A DNA stretch of 64,000 bases from NCBI GenBank assembly GCA_964402035.1, contig CAYOAM010000001.1, forward strand, positions 179,558-243,557, read 5' to 3'. Below the pieces are notes generated by a model. It made no database searches and was not told where the DNA came from. It saw only the letters and a list, made by a program, of their open reading frames with translations. Each line of letters starts with the position of its first letter. The stretch's first letter is position 1. A program made the translations under genes and the position numbers. Shown one piece after another: positions 57,593 to 64,000 of this stretch. This DNA comes from an uncultured Candidatus Saccharibacteria bacterium. Its GTDB lineage: Bacteria; Patescibacteriota; Minisyncoccia; Phycocordibacterales; UBA918.

Positions 57593-58075
57593 ATGAACAA
57601 ATATTTAGTCTTAGGTATTGTACTCATCGCGATCGTGGTAGGCGGTATTGTTTGGAAACAGTACGGTGCATCGGATGTAAATAAGGCGATGGACACCGGT
57701 GTCGTGCGTGAGATTACGGTGATATCAAAAAAGCTTGAATGGCGTTTTGATCCTGCAGTCATTGCGGTTGAGCAGGGTGATCGAGTCAAATTGAAAGTAA
57801 TCAATGAAGATGATTTTGATCACGGTGTTGCTATTGATGCGTTTGGTGTATCGCAACGTCTACCGGCGAATGCCACTATCGATATTGAATTCGTAGCGAC
57901 AAAATCAGGTGAGTTTCCATTCTATTGCTCAGTCTCGTGTAGTGACAGTAAATCAACTGGAAATCTTCCCGGAGGAGTTGTGCAAACAGGACCGTTTGCC
58001 GGTACCGTCCAAGGACACTTCGATCAAATCGGCAAATTTGTCGTATCGCTCGCAAAAACGGTGACGGGACAATAA
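57593..58075 (+). CDS. Membrane-anchored cupredoxin (CuA/NosZ C-terminal-like)
   Basis: WRFDPAVIAVEQGDRVKL, DHG, GEFPFYCSVSCS...GHF. Confidence 0.8.
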   Translation: MNKYLVLGIVLIAIVVGGIVWKQYGASDVNKAMDTGVVREITVISKKLEWRFDPAVIAVEQGDRVKLKVINEDDFDHGVAIDAFGVSQRLPANATIDIEFVATKSGEFPFYCSVSCSDSKSTGNLPGGVVQTGPFAGTVQGHFDQIGKFVVSLAKTVTGQ

Positions 58076-58099
58076 TATCAATATTAATAACGGAGCTAT

Positions 58100-60433
58100 A
58101 TGACAAAAATTGTTTTGAAGGTGAAGGGAATGCATTGCGCATCGTGTGCGATTCTCATAGACAAATTGCTTTCAAAACAGGCGGGTGTTGTGAAATCTTC
58201 AACGAGCTATGGTGCGCAGAAGGTAGCACTGGAATTTGATGAAGCAAAAATCACGCTTCCAAAGATCGATGAGTTCGTAAACAAGCTTGGATACGATGTT
58301 GTTCGTCCCGAAGAAGAAACCGGCTCAATAGAAGATGAAGAAGCGGTTGAACAAAAGCAACTCACGCTTGCGCGTCGCCGTGTGATCGCATCCTTTGCAA
58401 TTGCGGCTCCTATCATCGCCTACTACATGGGTGTGCACATGTTCAATTTGCCGCATGTGCATGCAATCTTTGGTATTGACCTCAACTACATCTACTGGAT
58501 ACTCTCGACTCCGATCCAGTTTGTGATTGCGTGGCCGTTTTATCGCAATGCATATTCAGCGATACGTATTGGGGCGGCGAACATGGATGTACTTGTGGTC
58601 TTGGGTACAACTGCAGCGTACCTCTACAGTATGATCGGTTTTCTTTTCTTCAACATCGATCATCCATTCTGGGAAAGTTCAGCGGCATTGATTTCATTTA
58701 TCCTCATGGGTCGCTATGTTGAGGTTGTTGCAAAAGGCAAGGCTTCAAGTGCCATCAAAGAGCTTTTGAAACTCGAAGCAAAAGAGGCGCATGTTGAGCG
58801 TGATGGAAAAGAAGTCACGATACCACTCCAAGAACTTGTTGAGGGGGACGTCGTAATTGTAAAACCAGGCGAGAAGATCCCCGTTGATGGACAGATTGTG
58901 TTTGGAGAGTCACATATTGATGAGAAAGTGGTGACGGGTGAATCGTTCCCAGTCAAACGCGTCATTGGCGATCAGGTTATTGGTGCAACCGTAAATCTTG
59001 AAGGGCGTTTCAAGTTTAAAGCGCTCAAGGTTGGAAAAGATACCCTCCTCAATCAGATTGTACGCATGGTTGAAGAGGCGCAAGCGACACGTGCTCCTGT
59101 ACAAGACTTAGTTGATAAAGTGAGTGAGTACTTTGTGCCTGCTGTCGTCATACTTTCAGTACTTACCTTTGTTGGTTGGGTTTTTGTGGCAGATCTGCCG
59201 GTTCGAGCAGGACTCATGCGCATGATCGCTGTACTCGTGATCTCATGTCCATGTGCCATGGGTCTTGCAACACCGACGGCACTCGTTGTAGGTATTGGTC
59301 AGGCTGCGCGATACGGCATCATCCTCAAAGGTGGAGAGGCGCTTGAGAAAGCATACAAAGTGACCTGTATCGCATTTGATAAAACGGGAACGCTTACGAT
59401 TGGAAAGCCGATTGTGACCGATATGATCATGATCTCAAAGACGGTGACCGAAAAAGACGCCGCAATCCTCGCTGCTTCAGCTGAGATGGGATCAGAGCAC
59501 CCACTTGCTCGTGCCGTCATTGAGAAGGGAAAATCTATGGGTGAAGTTATTGATCCAAAGAAATTTGATGCAATACAAGGTATGGGTATTCATGCAGTCA
59601 TACCGTACAACAAGAAAGATGTTGACGTTATCATCGGCAATCTTGCATACATGAAGAAGCTTGAGATTGACACGTCGGTGCATCAAAAAGAGCTTGAAAG
59701 ACTGCAAACAGAAGCAAAGACAACCGTATTTTTGCTAATAAACAACGAACCGGTTGCAATTATTGCGATGGCAGATGCACTCAAGCCATTTGCCGTTGAA
59801 GCAATCGCCGAACTCAAGCGCATGGGCAAGGAGATCATCATGATTACTGGCGACAACCAACGTACAGCTGACGCTATTGCAAAACTCGTTGGTATTGACC
59901 GTGCTCTGGCTGAAGTCTTACCACAAGACAAAGCAAATGTGGTGAAGAAACTTCAAGAAGAGGGCAAGGTTGTGGCGATGGTGGGAGATGGTATTAATGA
60001 TTCTCCTGCACTCGCCCAATCAAACCTCGGTATTGCCATAGGATCTGGAACCGATGTTGCTATTGAGACAGGAGAAGTCGTGTTGGTGAAAGACGACCTT
60101 CGAGATGTGGCCGTTGCTATCCAGCTTTCAAGTAAGACTATTAAGAAAGTATGGCAAAATCTTTTCTGGGCGTTTATCTACAATGTTCTTGCAATACCAG
60201 TCGCGGCGGGTGGACATCTGCTCCTCACACAAACATCATTTGGAATTGCTGCAGGATGGGTCGTGGCAATACAACAGAAGTTTGGTGGAGCAGGTCAGAT
60301 ATTCTTCAACCTCTCTCAAGCAACGTTGCGTCCAGAAATCGCCGGTTTTGCTATGGCATTTAGCTCAGTCTCGGTGGTGCTCAACTCTATGCTCTTGCGC
60401 CGCTACGTACCACCCGCAGAACGAAAGAAATAG
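58100..60433 (+). CDS. copA: Copper-translocating P1B-type ATPase
   Basis: GMHCASC, TGES, CPCAMGLATP, DKTGT, SEHP, GDGINDSP, YN and MAFSS TM motifs. Confidence 0.93.
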   Translation: MTKIVLKVKGMHCASCAILIDKLLSKQAGVVKSSTSYGAQKVALEFDEAKITLPKIDEFVNKLGYDVVRPEEETGSIEDEEAVEQKQLTLARRRVIASFAIAAPIIAYYMGVHMFNLPHVHAIFGIDLNYIYWILSTPIQFVIAWPFYRNAYSAIRIGAANMDVLVVLGTTAAYLYSMIGFLFFNIDHPFWESSAALISFILMGRYVEVVAKGKASSAIKELLKLEAKEAHVERDGKEVTIPLQELVEGDVVIVKPGEKIPVDGQIVFGESHIDEKVVTGESFPVKRVIGDQVIGATVNLEGRFKFKALKVGKDTLLNQIVRMVEEAQATRAPVQDLVDKVSEYFVPAVVILSVLTFVGWVFVADLPVRAGLMRMIAVLVISCPCAMGLATPTALVVGIGQAARYGIILKGGEALEKAYKVTCIAFDKTGTLTIGKPIVTDMIMISKTVTEKDAAILAASAEMGSEHPLARAVIEKGKSMGEVIDPKKFDAIQGMGIHAVIPYNKKDVDVIIGNLAYMKKLEIDTSVHQKELERLQTEAKTTVFLLINNEPVAIIAMADALKPFAVEAIAELKRMGKEIIMITGDNQRTADAIAKLVGIDRALAEVLPQDKANVVKKLQEEGKVVAMVGDGINDSPALAQSNLGIAIGSGTDVAIETGEVVLVKDDLRDVAVAIQLSSKTIKKVWQNLFWAFIYNVLAIPVAAGGHLLLTQTSFGIAAGWVVAIQQKFGGAGQIFFNLSQATLRPEIAGFAMAFSSVSVVLNSMLLRRYVPPAERKK

Positions 60434-60493
60434 ATCCTTGAACTCACGTCAAAGTGGTTTATACTAAGATAGTAACGAAATAATATATACCGT

Positions 60494-60709
60494 ATGAGTA
60501 CACTAAAATTGGACATCGTAGGCATGCACTGTGGTGGATGCGCAACTGGGATTCAAATGTTGACCGAAGGGATGGATGGAGTTTCGTCATCGTTTGTCGA
60601 TTATGACGCAAAAAAGGGAACCATAGAATACGATGAAGCGAAGATTAAGCCAGATGCGATTATCAAAGAGATAGCGACGTTGGGATATACCGCGACCGCA
60701 GGCCAATAG
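60494..60709 (+). CDS. copZ: Copper chaperone (HMA domain)
   Basis: GMHCGGC...LGY. Confidence 0.85.
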   Translation: MSTLKLDIVGMHCGGCATGIQMLTEGMDGVSSSFVDYDAKKGTIEYDEAKIKPDAIIKEIATLGYTATAGQ

Positions 60710-60719
60710 AGCATACGCT

Positions 60720-61265
60720 ATGGACCTCTATGCACTACTTATAATTGGTCATATCATCGGCACTATTTTGGGTGTCGGTGGGGCCACCTATATTGAAATT
60801 CATCTCAATATGGCTCTTGCAGATGGCAAGATGGATGCGTATGAGAAAGGAGTTATGGCAAAAGATTTTCTCTTAACGCGCATCGGCCTTGTTCTTTGTT
60901 TCCTCACGGGTCTTGGATTTGTATGGATCTACTACTCACACAACCAACTTGGTCGTCTTGCAGACGGTGTGTTTTGGGCAAAGATGGCCATCATTTTGAT
61001 ATTGATCATTAATGCAGTACTTCTTCATAAGCACAAAATAGGCCTCTATTGGGGTAGTGCATTCTCTTTCATATCATGGTGGGGAGCGATGCTCTTGGGC
61101 ACCTTTTTGACACAAAACATAAAGATTTTGCCTGCAAACGACGTCCTTTCGTTTTTTGTCATCCTTGCTGTCTATGGGGTCATCGTCTGCATTGGAGCAT
61201 GGGTACTCCATAAAATACGAGAATTTACTAAACTACCAGTTCCACTCGTACCTCCAATAGCATAA
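60720..61265 (+). CDS. Multi-TM hypothetical protein
   Basis: About five TM helices; GHIIGTILGVGGAT; FWAKM. Confidence 0.65.
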   Translation: MDLYALLIIGHIIGTILGVGGATYIEIHLNMALADGKMDAYEKGVMAKDFLLTRIGLVLCFLTGLGFVWIYYSHNQLGRLADGVFWAKMAIILILIINAVLLHKHKIGLYWGSAFSFISWWGAMLLGTFLTQNIKILPANDVLSFFVILAVYGVIVCIGAWVLHKIREFTKLPVPLVPPIA

Positions 61266-61328
61266 CAAATTCTAGGTACTTTTTTTGCACAAGTGACTAA
61301 AAAATGCTAGCATTTGAGCGTCTTTTTT

Positions 61329-62114
61329 ATGTTTAATACTGCACTTGCAGCCACCGAAGAAGTGGCAACAAAAGGGCTTTCAATACACCTCGCTCCGGAG
61401 GTTCTCTCAACTATTGGGGGGGTGCCGATAACGAATACCTTACTCACAGCGTGGGTAGTCGTTGTTGCGCTTATTGTGTTGACCTATCTATTTCGTTCGG
61501 CATATGCGCTCATACCTTCAAAAACACAGGTGCTTGTGGAAGCTGTAGTGGGCGGTGCATTTGAGTATGTAGCTGAGACTTTGGAAAGTAAGGAGCTCGC
61601 GCAGAAATTTTTTCCGGTCATCATGACCATGTTTATCTTCATTCTAGCACTCAATTGGGTCGGGTTACTGCCAGGGGTCGATAGTATCGGCTTTTATAAA
61701 GAACATAACGGACATGAAGTTTTTGCACCGTATTTGCATCCCGCAAATACTGATCTCAATGTGACCTTTGCATTTGCCATCATAGCGTTTGTAACTATTG
61801 AGGCTGCGGGTGTTATGCTTCTCGGATTCTTGAAGTATGGAGGTAAGTTTGTTACGTTTAAGTCGCCACTTGCATTCGTGATTGGCATTATTGAGCTCAT
61901 AGGCGAAATCGCCCGATTGATCTCATTTTCATTTCGGCTCTTTGGCAATATTTTTGCGGGAAAGACCTTGTTGTTGGTCGCAATGTTTTTCGTCCCATTT
62001 GTGGTACCGGTGCCTATTTTGGCATTTGAGGTGTTCGTGGGCTTTATACAAGCACTCGTCTTTTCAGTGCTTATATTATTCTTCATTAAGCTTGCGATTA
62101 GTGAGCCGCACTAG
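61329..62114 (+). CDS. atpB: ATP synthase F0 subunit a
   Basis: NWVGLLPG, NTDLN, SFSFRLFGNIFAG, FIQALVF. Confidence 0.95.
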   Translation: MFNTALAATEEVATKGLSIHLAPEVLSTIGGVPITNTLLTAWVVVVALIVLTYLFRSAYALIPSKTQVLVEAVVGGAFEYVAETLESKELAQKFFPVIMTMFIFILALNWVGLLPGVDSIGFYKEHNGHEVFAPYLHPANTDLNVTFAFAIIAFVTIEAAGVMLLGFLKYGGKFVTFKSPLAFVIGIIELIGEIARLISFSFRLFGNIFAGKTLLLVAMFFVPFVVPVPILAFEVFVGFIQALVFSVLILFFIKLAISEPH

Positions 62115-62127
62115 TGAATAGAGATGA

Positions 62128-62537
<410 letters not shown>

Positions 62538-62576
62538 TAATATTCCTAGATCTAGAGGACACTTTACAAAAACACT

Positions 62577-63026
62577 ATGCAAGAAATAATAACTGCATTT
62601 GGTATCGACTGGCGACTAATCGCCATCCAGATATTTAATTTTGTCGTGCTACTTTTAGCACTTTGGTATTTCTTGTATACTCCGGTGCTTGCAATGATTG
62701 AAAGACGACGTTCTACCATAGAAGGTGGGGTGCGAGACGCAGAACTTGCTGCACAAAAATTGGCAGCAGCTCAATCGGAACATGCACAGGTACTCAAAGC
62801 TGCACATGCTGAAGCCGTAGAGGTTGCGCGCCGCGCAAAGGATCATGCTGATATAAAAGCAGCTGAACTCGTGCATGCTGCGGAAGAAAAGAGTAGACGC
62901 ACTATGGAAGAAGCGAAACGTGAAGGAGAGCTTTTGAAAGAACGACTCTACAACGAGAGTGAAGCACAGATTGCGCAGACGGCGTTGCTTGCAGCAGAAA
63001 AAATCCTAAAGGAACGCGCATCATAA
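62577..63026 (+). CDS. atpF: ATP synthase F0 subunit b
   Basis: GIDWRLIAIQIFNF...LYTPVLAMIERR; coiled coil. Confidence 0.92.
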   Translation: MQEIITAFGIDWRLIAIQIFNFVVLLLALWYFLYTPVLAMIERRRSTIEGGVRDAELAAQKLAAAQSEHAQVLKAAHAEAVEVARRAKDHADIKAAELVHAAEEKSRRTMEEAKREGELLKERLYNESEAQIAQTALLAAEKILKERAS

Positions 63027-63033
63027 GATATAT

Positions 63034-63417
63034 ATGAAAGCGGAAGTTTACGGAGAGGCACTTTATCAAGTACTTAGTACTGATGGTGTTTTTGAGAGTA
63101 CGATCCAAAATCTCAAAGCAATCTTAAAAAAAAATGGGCACCGATCCCTCTATGGACAGATACTCCGTGATGTTGAGCGTCGCTTTTTGGAGCAACAAAG
63201 AATGGAGACCGCTTCAGTCATCGTTTCAAAAAAAGAAGACTACCAAGTGCACAAAAAAGAGATTACCGCACTACTAGCAGAATTCGCCGTAACGGAGATG
63301 ATGCTGGAGACAGACGAACAGATAGTAGGAGGGTTCATTGTTCGAGGCAAGGGAAAAGAGTATGATCGGAGTTACAAAAAGTCGCTCCTGTCTATCTATC
63401 GAGCATTAACAGCATAA
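63034..63417 (+). CDS. atpH: ATP synthase subunit delta (short)
   Basis: Operon position; DEQIVGGFIVRG...DRSYK. Confidence 0.8.
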   Translation: MKAEVYGEALYQVLSTDGVFESTIQNLKAILKKNGHRSLYGQILRDVERRFLEQQRMETASVIVSKKEDYQVHKKEITALLAEFAVTEMMLETDEQIVGGFIVRGKGKEYDRSYKKSLLSIYRALTA

Positions 63418-63429
63418 TCACCTACATAT

Positions 63430-64000
63430 ATGAGTAACTCAATCATAGAACAAATAAAGAAAGAGATCGCTTCTCTTGACACCACCGCACATACCGAGGA
63501 GATTGGGCGAGTGATATCTGTGGGTGATGGTGTCGCAGAAATTGAAGGGCTCAAGAATGCACAAATGTCAGAGATGGTAATGTTTGATGTTGGCGAAAAG
63601 AAGAGCTTGCAAGAAAGCATGCAGCACGCGTCGGTACTTTTTGGGCTTGTGTTGAATCTCGAGGAGCATATGGTAAAAACGGTGGTGTTGGGTGATACCA
63701 ATCGTATTACCGAGGGGATGACGGTGCGACGCACAGGCACCTTGCTCAATATACCAGTCTCGGATGCGATTATTGGTCGTGTGGTAAATCCTTTGGGTGA
63801 GATGCTCGATGGAAAGGGAGCTATTAAGCCTGATCGACAGATGCCTATTGAGCGCATTGCGTACGGGGTGATGGACCGATCATCGGTAAATACACCAATA
63901 CATACGGGTATTAAAGCTATCGATGCCATGATACCAATCGGCCGCGGACAGCGTGAATTGATCATTGGTGATCGCGCAACCGGAAAGACCACTATAGCAA
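63430..64000 (+). CDS. atpA: ATP synthase F1 subunit alpha (3'-truncated by window)
   Basis: MSNSIIEQIK...GRVISVGDGVAEIEGL...GRVVNPLG...TGIKAIDAMIPIGRGQRELIIGDRATGKT; open to the window end. Confidence 0.95.
   Translation, partial: MSNSIIEQIKKEIASLDTTAHTEEIGRVISVGDGVAEIEGLKNAQMSEMVMFDVGEKKSLQESMQHASVLFGLVLNLEEHMVKTVVLGDTNRITEGMTVRRTGTLLNIPVSDAIIGRVVNPLGEMLDGKGAIKPDRQMPIERIAYGVMDRSSVNTPIHTGIKAIDAMIPIGRGQRELIIGDRATGKTTIA

Noticed and set aside
63396-63992. 198-aa minus-strand ORF
   Set aside because: Antisense shadow of atpA. The same applies to most short overlapping ORFs in the track (e.g. 236-634, 10935-11549, 34520-35320, 37406-37993).

Overview
A 64 kb chromosomal segment whose gene content and style point to a Patescibacteria/CPR (Parcubacteria-like) bacterium; this is inferred from the cohesin/dockerin surface genes, the compact UvrA/UvrC and the near-leaderless gene starts. 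In order: (1) a cell-surface gene cluster with cohesin, dockerin, Ig-like, WxL-like and DUF916-like proteins (1-9.8 kb); (2) housekeeping genes (TlpA, gdhA, AI-2E, CapA, FKBP, tgt); (3) a ~14.6 kb island bounded by a perfect 28-bp direct repeat of the tgt 3' end (16995-17022 and 31592-31619). The island holds a 2763-aa signal-peptide-bearing SpvB/FG-GAP/LamG/YD-Rhs protein, an array of orphan toxin-tip/immunity cassettes, a recombinase remnant and a REP-associated HUH transposase (RAYT) whose GGGGACAG repeats sit at cassette breakpoints. Three otherwise unrelated toxin tips end in the same 33-aa helical tail. (4) A candidate structured ncRNA, uvrB/uvrA/uvrC, a sigma-region-4/alpha-CTD fusion, ddl, tRNA-Ala with duplicated 3' end, three SPFH genes, an Hps-like gene and mltG; (5) a copper cluster with a DsbD/CcdA-multicopper oxidase fusion, cupredoxin, CopA and CopZ; (6) the start of the F-type ATP synthase operon. 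All calls come from reading motifs by eye; no database searches were run.
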